The position numbers were made by a program, and so were the translations under genes. A stretch of DNA of 64,000 nucleotides, taken from positions 224,130,001 to 224,194,000 of the forward strand of contig OX597814.1 in assembly GCA_951406725.2 (NCBI GenBank), given 5' to 3'. Below are positions 11,862 through 24,915 of this stretch, piece after piece; the first letter of the stretch is position 1, and each line of letters opens with the position of its first letter. The stretch is from Octopus vulgaris (Eukaryota). The notes below the pieces were generated by a model. The model saw only the letters and a program-made list of their open reading frames with translations. It had not been told where the DNA came from and made no database searches.

Positions 11862-12402
11862 CTGGGATGCCCCCAGTGGACGTTGTTGGTCAGGTACCTA
11901 CACCCGAAACAATCATTAAAATGTCAAAAGGTTTAAAATCTAGAGGAAACGTTAGAGCGCCGGTTACATCTCTTTGTGTTCCGATTTTAAGCCCTGTCAA
12001 AGAAACTGATTTTCTTTTTCCGGATCGTTAAAGTAACTACTAGACATTCAATAATATAGGCTATATTCCATCGATACTAAATAATGTACGGTTTTGTGCG
12101 AGGTTCAAGTAAGGCGGATCTATCCTCGAGCCATTTATAATTCGTATAGTATTAATGCCATGACATTGAAAAAGGCATAAACACAGCTTACTATTTTCTT
12201 TACAGAAACCACATTGTGTTTGTGCCTCACCAAAATTATTAGCTGAATACAAACAGATACCTATCTACCTAAATGTCTCTACCATGACTGTAACAGTGTA
12301 AAAAATAGTAACACGGCCTCCTCCTCTAATCCCAGAGCACCTGCAAGGATCAAGGCACCTCCAGCCTCAGCAAGTATTATATATATATATATATATGTGT
12401 GT

Positions 12403-12463
<61 letters not shown>

Positions 12464-12527
12464 CATGCATATATATGTATATATATTTAAGTATATACAT
12501 GTATATATATGTATATATATGAATATA

Positions 12528-12590
<63 letters not shown>

Positions 12591-13049
12591 ATATATTTAT
12601 ATATATATGTATATACATGTATATATACATATATGTATACATATATACATGTATGTATATAGACATGTATATATATACACATCCCAACCCCACCCCACCA
12701 TCCCAACACATCCCAATCCCACCCCAACCAAACCCCCACACATCCCACTCCCACATACCCCACCCCTACCCCCACATCCTCACCCCAAATCCACATTACA
12801 CCACACCACATTATACCACATCACATCACCCCGCACACACTAGCACGGCCACTGCCTAGCACCCATACCATCATCCACACACTTACATACCCACACATCC
12901 ACACGCACACACTTACACACTCTCACATACACACGCACGCGCACCTTCGTTTTGGGATCACCACTACTTTATTATCTTCCCTTCTTCCTAGCTCTCCTGT
13001 CTAACCACCTCCGTCTACTCAGCCGCCATGACTGACCGCCAGCTGCTAA

Positions 13050-13217
13050 AGCTTTTTTTATTCTCTCTCTGTTTATTTTCTCGTGTTCCTTTCTGTTGAA
13101 GAGCGTAGGCCCGAAACGCAAACGACTCTCACCTTCCCGGGCGTTAAACATAATACACCTGTTTGTAGTTTATACACCTGTCTTCGTCTTTTGATTTTTT
13201 GTAAATTCCAACTATAC
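13050..13217 (+). mobile_element. Probable PLE pLTR relic with degenerate minimal hammerhead
   Basis: CTTT-CTGTTGAA-GAGC gtag GCCC-GAAACGCA at ~13089-13122. A related, more decayed copy lies on the minus strand at 27860-28000. Confidence 0.4.
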
Positions 13218-13520
13218 ACACGCATACACGCATATTAATAGTAATGGTAAGACAACAAAAGAATGAAAGAGAACTCGATATGTAAATAGAGGAATTTATT
13301 TGTAATATAATATGTGACCATTATTCGGTTGCCATAATAAAACTGCGCAAACGCGATTGCTATGGGCATTTTTACTCCTTTACTTTTTACTTCCTCCCCT
13401 TTGGTTTTTTCCCCTTATTTAACTGTCATTCTAATAGCTCTTTTTGTCTTGATAACAGTCAATTACATAGTAATTTGCCTTCGTTTAACAGTCTTTTTCA
13501 TAGCATATTTTAATTGCCTC

Positions 13521-13575
13521 GATAACTGAAGAGATGCCGGTTTGCGCCCCGACATCCGAAACTCGGAGTTTTATT
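13521..13575 (+). ncRNA. Type I hammerhead ribozyme motif (family F) in a partial inverted-repeat element 13298-13613
   Basis: Stem I GATAA/TTATT; CTGAAGA 13526-13532; stem II GATGcCGG/CCGaCATC; GAA; stem III ACTC-g-GAGT; GUU at 13570. Confidence 0.65.
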
Positions 13576-13613
13576 ATGGCAACCGAATAAATGTCACATA
13601 TTATGTCACAAAC

Positions 13614-13945
<332 letters not shown>

Positions 13946-15329
13946 GTTAGTTAGTTAGTTAGTTAGTTAATTTGGCTCAAAAGCAAATAGCAAGGCCATG
14001 TAGGGGGACATGGAGTTAAGTACAGGGTGGTGTTCATGTAAAGAGTTCAGGCCACTTGAGGTCCAGGGAGGCTTTGAACAAAGCGGTCGTCGGCATCTTC
14101 ACCATCTCGTCTGGCAGCTTGTTCCACGGATCCGCAACCCGGACGGAGAAAGCTCCTCTCCTTCGATTGAGATGAAATCGTCGCAGGTAGAGCTTTTCGG
14201 AATGACCCCGCAGCCGACGCTCCGGAGCAGGAGTGAAGAACAGCTCTTTCGAGAGGTTACACTTTCCGCTTATGATGTTGTGGGCGAGAATGAGATCACC
14301 ACGGCGGCGGCGTTTTTCAAGAGAATAAAGGTCGAGCGTCCTCAGCCTTTCTTCGTAGGACAAATTTTTGAGACCATGAACCATGCGGGTAGCCAGCCTC
14401 TGGACTCTTTCGAGGTGCTGTATGTCTTTGAGGAGATAAGGAGAAGAGGCTTGAATCCCATACTCCAATATGGGTCTCACCAGCGTGACATAGAGTGGCA
14501 GGAATATGGCTGCTGTGAGCATTCCGAATGACCGTCGAATCAAAAACAGAATTCCGAGCGCTTTGTTGGCAGCATGGACGCACTGGGCCGAAGGGGAAAA
14601 GGAGGAATCCACCAAGATACCCAGGTCCCTTACCTGATCGGTCCTCTCCAGCAGCAGACGACCCGGCTCGAAATCAAGTTGAGTTGCAGGAGTAGAGCCG
14701 ACAGGCAGATGACAGCACTTTGACACGTTCAGACACAGGTCCCAATCGTTAGACCACTTCCAAATTTGGTGGAGGCATCGACGAAGATCCTCTATATTAC
14801 CGCGAGGAGCGACCAGTTTGATATCGTCGGCAAATAGAAGGGTGTGTTGCGTGAGGTCGTCGGGCAAGTCATTTATGAAGACTAAGAACAACAAGGGCCC
14901 AAGCACTGAACCTTGAGGCACGCCACTGCTCGCACTGGAGACGTCGGACCGCGAACCATTAACTTGAACTTGGAAGGAGCGATCTGAGAGGAAGGCACCA
15001 ACCCATCGTACAATATCCGGATGGAAACTATATGCTTGAAGCTTGACAAGTAGTAGGCGGTGGTTTACCGAGTCAAAAGCTTTGGCAAAGTCCAATAAAA
15101 CGATGTCAACAGCATCACTATCATCGAGGATGCGCGTCACCAATTCTTCCATTACTAGTAAGTTGGTCAAGCATGATCTCTTCGGCACGAAGCCGTGTTG
15201 GGAATCAGTGATCGAGGCTGTGTTTAGGAGGTGGAGCATCATACTTTTCTTAAGGATGGTTTCGAACATCTTGCTGATTATTGATGTAAGGGAAACCGGT
15301 CGGTAGTTAAGCGGGTCTTCGCGGCTCCC
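13946..15329 (-). mobile_element. CR1-clade LINE, 5'-truncated, with uninterrupted RT ORF, 3' stem-loop and (TAAC)n tail
   Basis: 'NYRPVSLTS', 'QHGFVPKRSCLTNLL', 'LDFAKAFDSV', 'SGVPQGSVLGPLLF', 'LFADD', 'LERVQRLATR'; stop at 14034. 3' UTR hairpin CCATGT/ACATGG; tail at 13946-13970. Confidence 0.92.
14034..15329 (-). CDS. Reverse transcriptase domain of the CR1 LINE (partial, no native start)
   Basis: About 430 codons without a stop. The N-terminal ~50 aa of the listed 482-aa ORF are microsatellite read-through. Confidence 0.85.
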   Translation of the reverse strand, partial: GSREDPLNYRPVSLTSIISKMFETILKKSMMLHLLNTASITDSQHGFVPKRSCLTNLLVMEELVTRILDDSDAVDIVLLDFAKAFDSVNHRLLLVKLQAYSFHPDIVRWVGAFLSDRSFQVQVNGSRSDVSSASSGVPQGSVLGPLLFLVFINDLPDDLTQHTLLFADDIKLVAPRGNIEDLRRCLHQIWKWSNDWDLCLNVSKCCHLPVGSTPATQLDFEPGRLLLERTDQVRDLGILVDSSFSPSAQCVHAANKALGILFLIRRSFGMLTAAIFLPLYVTLVRPILEYGIQASSPYLLKDIQHLERVQRLATRMVHGLKNLSYEERLRTLDLYSLEKRRRRGDLILAHNIISGKCNLSKELFFTPAPERRLRGHSEKLYLRRFHLNRRRGAFSVRVADPWNKLPDEMVKMPTTALFKASLDLKWPELFT

Positions 15330-15340
15330 TATATAGATAT

Positions 15341-15377
<37 letters not shown>

Positions 15378-15525
15378 TAGACACATATATATACATACAT
15401 ACACACAAATATAGCTATTCATGTACACACAAAGCCATACGTATATGTATGTGCGTGCATGTATGTATAAATACATACACACATTCTCTTAATCTTTTAC
15501 TTGTTTCAGTCATTTGACTGTGGCC

Positions 15526-15601
15526 ATGAATGTATATACACATACATGAATGTATATACACATACATGAATGTATATACACATACATGAATGTATATACA
15601 C
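15526..15601. repeat. 20-bp minisatellite (ATGAATGTATATACACATAC)x~4
   Basis: Direct reading. Confidence 0.85.
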
Positions 15602-15682
15602 GTTTAAAACTTCTGTTTTAACTTATATTGTCTTTTCACGTGTTATCCCCCTCCACTCTCTCTTTCTCTATCTCTCTTTCGT

Positions 15683-15761
<79 letters not shown>

Positions 15762-15820
15762 GTATAAGTATGTGTATGTATGTATATATATATATATGTT
15801 TATATATGTGTAAGTATGTG

Positions 15821-15869
<49 letters not shown>

Positions 15870-18413
15870 ATGTATATATAAAACTCTGTGTGTGTGAATG
15901 CATGTATCTACACGATGTATATGAATGCAAACGTGATGACTACTTAGATCTTAAGACAACTTCCTCTACTTTATTTCTCCTTTCTTTTTGTTTTCCTTTT
16001 AAATCAAAGAGTTTGTTAATGTTGATTCACTTCTCTGAGGAGTTTTAAAATACTTCTTGAACCCAACAGATTATGAGTAGGTCTCTCTACAGATCTACTC
16101 CTATCACCGATAAAATATGTTGGGCGGCTCTTCTTTGTCGATTGAGTTTCCTTTTTTATTCTTAGGTCGCCATGTGTTTATATTTGTGTTTTCGCATTTG
16201 ATTTCTAGTATCCTTTGATGGCGTGTACTTTTCTCAAAGGTTATAATGTTTTTAATCATTTTGAAGAGTAGGATATATAATCTATTTATTGCTAAGCATT
16301 ATATCTTCTTCCCTGTTTTGTTTCGTCACTCTTTTCTCGTGGATTACAAATTGTCCAATTAATACAACTAATAAAGCCATGAATTTGGAAGGAAGCTCAC
16401 AAGGAGCGCTGCTTATTGCTCAGTGTTAAGTGTTCGCTGAAAGAAAAGTAATCCTTACTGTAAATATGAAACAAACTTAAGTGAATTGATCATAAGATCT
16501 GGTGGATCAGCGGCTATTCGTGATAATTAAGTGAACCGGGGTATAGGCTTGCATACCAAATACACAGAACATTTGCAATTAATTTGAAAGCAAGACTTAA
16601 AGTCACATATTCTGTTTCGTCATCCTTTTCCCTTTAGCAGTTTTAATTTAAAAGTATTTGTCGAGGGTTTTATTGCTTTATAGAACTAAGGAACCGAATT
16701 TGGTTCGTGCCAATTGGTGAGTGGACAATTTTAAGTTAGAATTCACCAAGGTAAAGAGATTTTTAAAAGTCTCATTAGAACCAGCCTATATTTCAAATAT
16801 TTTATACACAAATCTAGTAATTAGTTTTGATTTCTTAAACATGTTTCTCGAAATGTTCTGATCTTCGACACACACACCTAAACAATGAAAAGAATTTCGT
16901 TTTGAGAGTAGGAAAATGTACATCATCTTTCCAGTCCAAACTAAATATCGTCCAAATTTCTACTAAAATAATGTATGCGAGGGTCTCTTTCAACTCCGTC
17001 AGCCACTAGAGCACAGAGAAATAGAAACACCGAATTCAGATGCAGCGTTAGGCAAGTCTATTATCATTTCTACCAGGTCACCGGATTTAATGAAGATATA
17101 AAACATTTAGCAGAAATATTATAACTGAATGGATAAATTTATCATTTGAATCACCAGTTTATAGGTATCGAAGGAAAATCGTAGTATTTTTGAGAATACC
17201 ACTTAATTTAGCACATCTTATTTCAGTCAGTTAAAGGTACAGATTACCTGCAGAATGCGATAAATTTCGGTCCTTAATGAATGAAAACTTTATCTTTTAT
17301 TAAAATTAATACCGAGAAAGCTTTTCGATGAACCAACGAGAAATCCTTTATGTTGTTGCCCGAGTTGCTTGAAGCAGTGACTGATCTAATTCACGTTCAT
17401 AGCATCAAACCCCAACACCTCTAAAATGGCAAGAAAGGACACCTTGTACAATGCGGTCCTAGATACATTGTGTCCGAAGAATATAAACCGGAGAGGATCA
17501 TGGCTGGAACGCCTTTTATGATGAAAGGAAAGCCTTTCATCACTGCTATTCTGAAAAACGACATTCATATATTAAAGATTATGGATTATATATATGTAAC
17601 AAGTGTTTAGGAGAAAGATTTTGAATTAGGGATTTTCACCGTTCGCAGTCACAATAAGATTTTTGAGATCCTCTGAAGACCCTTAGTTCTCGTATAGAGC
17701 TTTATATGAATACAAAATATACTTCGAAGGTTCTAAATTTTGACGAGTCCTTAGAATACCTCACACTACACGCTGCCATTTGTCTCCTGTAACGACAGAA
17801 TCATACAATAAATCACTTTTCAGTATGAATACAAAATGCCTGTTGACACATTTACGTATATTCCCCATTGTTAAACGTTTTTAAAAAGCATATCATCGCA
17901 CGCAGCAGTGGCCGCAGTATCATACAGCGCCCCTTCATATACTATTGGTATTTCCTGTGTCACCTTTTCCTGTTCCATATCTTTCTTTTCGTTTATTTTT
18001 CATTGTTCTTACATATTATTTTCTCCTCATTGTTATTTTATATATTTCATTTATTATTTTTGTTAATAATTGTTTCTGATAATTTTTCTTTCCTCTGCCA
18101 GCCTTTTTCTCTTATAATAATGAAACACATTTTTGAAAATTGACATCCATGTATTAAAAATTATGAATTATATATATGAAAAAAAGTCTTGAAAAAGGCA
18201 GTTTAACAAGGACCTTAACGAAAGACGCTTTGTGTTAGGGCTTTTCAGTGATTTATTTTAAATCGCACGTGTGTCTGAATGGCTGAAAACTGCGAAAAAC
18301 GCTTACATGTAAACTTCTAACAATGAAGTCTGTGTTAATCGGCATTTTTAAAAGAGTTTTTAAAATACTTTATTGATAATTTTTAATTTAAGAAAAAATC
18401 CATTCTGATTCTG

Positions 18414-18462
<49 letters not shown>

Positions 18463-18507
18463 TATAAATATGCATGTGTATATATATATATATATATAAA
18501 TATATAT

Positions 18508-19309
18508 GTACATATTTGGTAGAGCTGACCATGTACAGACCAAAGGAAACCATGGACATGCAGCCCACAAGAAACTCTCAAAATCTTTCCAGCTTGAACT
18601 TCCATAAGGCAAACTGGAAACAAATTGAGAAAGCGATCCTCAAATAAAACTGATCTAAATGTCTCTCCTCACTGAATATCGACATGAAACCTCAACAATT
18701 CCTGTCTGTAATGTAAAGGGAGCACTCCGTCGGTTACGACGACGAGGGTCCCAGCTGATACGATCAACGGAACAGCTTGCTCGTGGAATTAACGTGCAAG
18801 TGACTGAGCAATCCACAGACACGTGTACCCTTAACGTAGTTCTCATGGAGATTCAGCGTGACACAGAATGTGACATACAGGTACAACTCATTTTTGCCAG
18901 CTGAGTGAACTGGAGCAACGTGAAATAAAGTGTCTTGCTCAAGGACACAACGCATCGCCGGGAATCGAACTCACGACCTTAGAATCGCCAGTCGAATGCC
19001 CTAACTAAGCCACGCGCCTTCCTGTAATACAAATGTGGCCGGAGAGAAAGGCCACAGTACACAAGAACAAAATCCCCAGGGAGAGGAAAATTCTTATGAG
19101 ACGGTGTACAAAAGTTTCAAATCGCCTAAACAAACAAATTGAAAGCAGTGAAAAGTCCCGCCTGAAAATACAACTGCTGGAGATTGAAAAAAATCTGCAA
19201 CTCTCCCATGAAAAAGAAAGAGCAGACAAAGAAGCCTGGGCTATAGACAATATAAAATCTAACCCCGGAGCTTTCTATAAGTTTGCCAAAGAAACAGCTT
19301 CAGTGCACC
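18508..19309 (+). pseudogene. CR1/L2-group LINE ORF2 endonuclease-RT linker fragment, interrupted by a SINE
   Basis: 'LNFHKANWKQIEK' before the SINE; 'IPRERKILMRR...EAWAIDNIKSNPGAFYKFAK' after it. Confidence 0.65.
18700..19022 (-). mobile_element. tRNA-derived SINE family 3 (Nin/Deu-like domain)
   Basis: GGCGCGTGGCTTAG A-box, GAGTTCGATTCCC B-box, TGTGTCCTTGAGCAAGACACTTTA...CAGCTGGCAAAAATGAGT. A 3' part recurs at 23915-24000. Confidence 0.75.
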
Positions 19310-19720
19310 GCATCAAATCGCACCTCCACAGTTGCGTATTTCCTCCCTCTGGCAAGGTAGGTGAAATCCTGCTAGATGGGTCTCAATGCCCTCTCAACTT
19401 GTAGTTTTGTTACTATCTCCATTCTCTTTCCATCCAGATTATAAGTTCTATATATTATTGTCTTTTTTTGCGTCCTTTGTAACTTCATTTGGAGAGGTCA
19501 CTTTTACTTCGAGCCCCTTCCTTCGCAGGATTGCTCTGTACGTGTTCAACCCCTCTTTCTTAATAAATATCGCTTCTCTTGTTTCACCAGCGGCAGCTGC
19601 AAAATTCATTTTCCCCTCTTCTTGGCCATAATATTCAAACTTCTCAGTAGTTCTTCTTCAGACGTAACGACCTCTGAAGAATTCAGATCTTCAAACATCA
19701 TGAAGTAATATGCTTCCTCC
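19310..19720 (-). pseudogene. L1/Tx1-like ORF1 N-terminal fragment
   Basis: Minus-strand 'RGRKYATVEVRFD', homologous to 'RGGKFATIEASFE' at ~62840-62878. Confidence 0.45.
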
Positions 19721-20018
19721 TCCAAACAAGGGAGACAGCGTTAACAAAACTGTCCTAAGGCAGCAAAAGCAACCGTCTCAAGACACAACAATTAACAACA
19801 GAGTTCAACAATTTTTCACTAACTTCTCGAACGACGCACAAACAAAATTTACAACCAACTCGGTCACAGATGATTGTAAGAACGGTGAAAAATATTTGGG
19901 AAAGTCTATGTCTGTATTATCAGACAATGCAAAAACAATGTTTAAAATAGGATCAAAACACTGCGAAAATCCAGTACAAACTCTTCACGGTTCAAAATGT
20001 TGCTTACTTTTTACTCAA

Positions 20019-20093
<75 letters not shown>

Positions 20094-20095
<2 letters not shown>

Positions 20096-20543
20096 CGTTA
20101 TATTTCGGAATGGTCATATTGCCAGTTTAGCCAATAAAAACACACGCACTATATATTTGGTGTTATTTTGCTTCAGTGATATTTATTTTTTACATTAATC
20201 TTAATCTTATTTCGGCCAAAGTTCTTTCGTCACACTCCTGTGACCGCATCAGTGGTCCTTTGTTTTCTTCTCACTTATTTGTGTCTCTCCTTACTAACCG
20301 TCAGCCATTTTGTATTTCTAAATACAAAATGGCTGACGGTTAGTAAGGAGAGACACAAATAAGTGAGAAGAAAACAAAGGACCACTGATGCGGTCACAGG
20401 AGTGTGACGAAAGAACTTTGGCCGAAATAAGATTAAGATTAATGTAAAAAATAAATATCACTGAAGCAAAATAACACCAAATATATAGTGCGTGTGTTTT
20501 TATTGGCTAAACTGGCAATATGACCATTCCGAAATATAACGAT
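20094..20543. mobile_element. Palindromic element B (224-bp arms, 2-nt loop) plus one-sided tail 20544-20600, in (TA)n
   Basis: Arms 20094-20317 and 20320-20543 appear perfectly complementary. Confidence 0.9.
20379..20423 (+). ncRNA. Variant/degenerate minimal hammerhead-like motif (family B); mirrored on the minus strand at 20214-20258
   Basis: GGaCCA-CTGATGCG-GTCAC aggagt GTGAC-GAA-AG aa CT-T-TGGCC. The core deviates at A9. Confidence 0.45.
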
Positions 20544-20598
20544 ATCTGTTTCAACACACGACTTCACATAAAAAATCTTGCACAACAAATATTTAAAC

Positions 20599-20650
<52 letters not shown>

Positions 20651-20884
20651 CAGATATGTGTGTGGGTGTGTGTTTGCATTTATGTTCAGTTATGATAGAA
20701 ACAATTTTACATTAATCTGATGGATTATTCTATACTTTTGTAGAGCACAAATTTATCATTGTTATACAAGAATGTCGTTGGCAGTGACTTCGAAATTTCG
20801 GTCAGCTAAGCCATCGGCAATCCGATGGCTCAGTTGGTGGGAACTTCGAAGAGTTACTCTCAACAACATTCTTGTGTAAGAATA

Positions 20885-21381
<497 letters not shown>

Positions 21382-21835
21382 GTCAGACCACTGAACATGC
21401 GAGAAGTATAGTTTATTGCAGCAGCAAATTTCACCATTCAAAGATGCAATAATTACGCGTTCATCGTTTCGTTTCCACCCCTCCCCCAACAAACATAAAG
21501 AAAATAGACAAAAAGCAAGAAACTTCTGCAACAACAACAACAACAACAACAGAAACGACTGTTACTTCCCACTCAGTTTAAATAAATAGAAACAAATCCC
21601 TGCAAACAAACACGCACACCCCAAAATTGCCAATGAAGTCTTTAGTGTGGAAGCATTGTGTCTAAATGCCAAACGACGTGTCTAGTAGAAGAAAGCACAA
21701 GGTTTGGCTTCCCAACTCGGACGCTCCTTCTTATACAATATTCGAACACATGTCATATAACAACATTGTGACACAGCTTTTTCCATTTTACTTCAACTGA
21801 TACTGCTTTATTCAAGATATGTTACTGAGTTTTTA

Positions 21836-22162
21836 AATACCTATTTCTTTACTACTCACAAGGGGCTAAACACAGAGGGTGCAAACAAGGACAGACAAAC
21901 GGATTAAGTCGATTAGATCCATTCCAGTACACAACTGGCACTTAATTTATCGGCTCGAAAGGATGAAAGGCAAAGTCGATCTGGACGGAATTTGAACTCA
22001 GAACGTGAGAACAGACGAAATACCTATTTCTTTACTACTCACTAGGGGCTAAACACAGAGGATGCAAACAAGGACAGACAAACGGATTAAGTACGATTAT
22101 ATAGACGCCAGTGCATAACTGGTACTTATTTAATCGACCCCGAAAGGATGAAAGGCAAAGTA
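21836..22162 (-). mobile_element. SINE family 2, headless dimer
   Basis: Two tandem bodies joined at GAAATACCTATTTCTTTACTAC. Confidence 0.75.
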
Positions 22163-22726
22163 GCAAACAAACTACCAACTCCAGAATACATTTCGTCAGA
22201 CAACTATTCCCTTCTTGAGAGAATTATATCCTAAAATATGACAACCATTTAGCATTCAAATAACTCAGTCAAATTGTTTTGAATGAATCATGCATTATCT
22301 AGAAGCCTTGGGATTTTCATAATGTGATTCGGTTTTACAAGACATTGTAACATAGGTGTGAGAAACTGGACACGACCAGTTTGAACATGAAGCAGGTAGA
22401 ATATGTAGGCTGGATGGATATGGCCGGTTTAAATGCTAAAGAGTTTAGAGATTACTCCCCCTCCTCCCATTTTGTATTAAATTAGAAAAGGCCCGGGACA
22501 ATAATGTCCAAACTCTAAGTTACCAAAGTTCACCTTTCCCGCTCCAAGTGGCCATTCGATCTGATGAATAAATAAGTAAATAAATAAAATAAAAAATAGT
22601 TGGTAGATCACAGCCTCACATCTTGGAAAATGGAGAAAATATTGGATAATGTAGTCGCTAATATACAAGAATACTTGATGGGTCACGATAGCGACGCCTT
22701 TGAGCCTATATACAGGTCTGCTTAAA

Positions 22727-22955
22727 GGCGGCGAGCTGGCAGAGTGGTTAGCACACCGGGCGAAATGCGTAGCCGTATTTCGTTTGCTGTTACGTTCTGA
22801 GTTCAAATTCCGCCGAGGTCGACTTTGCCTTTCATCCTTTCGGGGTCGATAAATTTAGAACCAGTTACGCACTGGGGTCGATGTAATCGACTTAATCCGT
22901 TTGTCTGTCCTTGTTTGTCCTTCCTATGTTTAGCCCCTTGTGGGTAGTAAAGAAA
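22727..22955 (+). mobile_element. SINE family 2 copy
   Basis: GGCGGCGAGCTGGCAGAG...GAGTTCAAATTCCGCCGAGGTCGACTTTGCC...GGTAGTAAAGAAA. Confidence 0.85.
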
Positions 22956-23511
22956 CATATATAGGTCTGCTTTATCAGGAGACACTACTACTACTACTAC
23001 TGCTACTACTACTACTACTAGTAGTAGTAGTAGTAGTAGTCGTAGCAGCAAAAGTAATTGGACAGAGAGAAAAAGAGATATGAATAATAGGAATATTTTA
23101 TGTTTTTAAAGGCATGTAAGTCATGACTTCTGACAAAGAGATCTTTGCAGAAAGTCAAGAGAAATCAATACTACACACACACATACAAACATGTGCGCGC
23201 GTGTGTGTGTGTGTTCAGAATAAGAAATATAAACCGAAGTGTGACATAGTTTCGATTTCCATGTAAAACCATTTTGATGAACGTACGACACTGTACTTCT
23301 CCGAGTGGGCATAAATAGCACACAATACGTTTTCTATAATTTCTCTTAAAAGTCTTAAAACCACTGAGTTTAGTCGGAACGAAAATTGTTATGCAAACTG
23401 AATTGTTGAAAACAATGGGCTGAGAAAAAGTCGTCCCGTCTGTGAAGAAGACTCGACTAGTTATATCACATGACCGACCCTGACTGGTACCCACTCTCAA
23501 AATATAGATCT

Positions 23512-23901
23512 CAAAGTTTGGCACAAGGCCAGCAATTTCGTGGGAGGTGGGGTGGGGGGTCAGTCGATTACATCGACTAGTACTTATTTTATCGGCCCGA
23601 AAGGACGAAAGGCAAAGTCGACCTCGGCGGAATTTGAACTCAGAACATAAAGGCGGAAGAAATGTCTATTTCTTTACTACCCACAAGGGGCTAAACACAG
23701 AGAGGACAAACAAGGACAGACAAATGGATTAAGTCGATTATATCGACCCTAGTGCGTAACTGGTATTTATTTAATCGACCCCAAAAGGACGAAAAGCAAA
23801 GTCGACCTCGGCAGCGAAATTTGAACTCAGAACGTAGCGTCAGACGGAATACCGCAAAGCATTTCACCCGGCGTGCTAACCACTCTGCCAGCTCACCGCC
23901 T
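23512..23901 (-). mobile_element. SINE family 2, dimer
   Basis: Head at 23880-23901, two Meta-like bodies, two different tails. Confidence 0.8.
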
Positions 23902-24856
23902 TTTGGTTTGCTTTGACCACTTACACGTAAATTTCACGATCAGGCTTTTCCGTTGATCGTATCAATTGAAACCCTCGTCGTTGTAACCGATGGAGTACCA
24001 GTGCCAGATATATCTCCGAAAAGCTAGGGTAATCATTTGTGGAAAGCCAGTGATTGTGGATTCGCTGAATGACGGTTGAGTTGCAGCTAAACGACAACTA
24101 GAATAGCAACGATTGCATTACTTGAAAAGAAAGATCATATACTCAGCTTTTATCCATTCATTCAATTCATTCAGTGAGTGAGTCAGTCAGTAAACCTGTA
24201 GGCAACCATTCATTCATCTAGTTTTTTTTTTTATTCAGCAATTATTGTGGTTTATATAAAGCTTTTTTTTTCCTCTTTCAACTTCCCATGAGAATTAAAA
24301 TTAATTTTTTTTCATAACATTACACCCATGGAAAAAAAAATCAGATATTCAAATACATACACATAGACGTTAGCAGGACTCTGCATTTCACACACATACA
24401 CACACACACACACAAACTTTAATGACTGCTTATGTTTCATTCAACTTGACGATATAATGCAAACATTTAATACGCTGTTACAACCACTTGCGTACAAGCA
24501 ACTCCTGCAGGCCTTATTAGATCGAGGTCGGCAAAACTGTTCAAACAGCTTATACCATCATGTTACAATTTTGACGAGTCAGTAAGAAAAAAATTGTTAT
24601 AGAACTGCCAAATTCGTTTTGGCAATTCAATGCACATTATTATCTGGACCATTAGAGCTGCATTGGATAAATTCCTCTTCATGTGAACTTCCATTACATT
24701 TACTGGAGAGAGGGCAGACCTTTCAGCCTTTATTTATTCATTTGAGGACCATTACGATACAGACTGACCTGAATTATATATAATGGGTGCGTGCGTGCTC
24801 TCGCGTGTGTTTGTGTATATATGCATGCATGTATTTAGATATATATGCGTGCAATG

Positions 24857-24915
<59 letters not shown>

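Noticed and set aside
11640-12375. Coding-looking unique sequence between microsatellites
   Set aside because: Stops in the plausible frames, and no motif or convincing splice pattern; needs BLASTx.
14010-14531. 173-aa plus-strand ORF
   Set aside because: Antisense shadow of the CR1 RT ORF; no recognisable motif.
15940-16900. Possible decayed Penelope-like ORF on the minus strand
   Set aside because: Only vague resemblance to a PLE thumb region; too degenerate to support.
16975-17825. Possible Tc1/mariner relic (CGAGGG start, 'RSPDL'-like codons at ~17076)
   Set aside because: No matching TIR or extended reading frame found.
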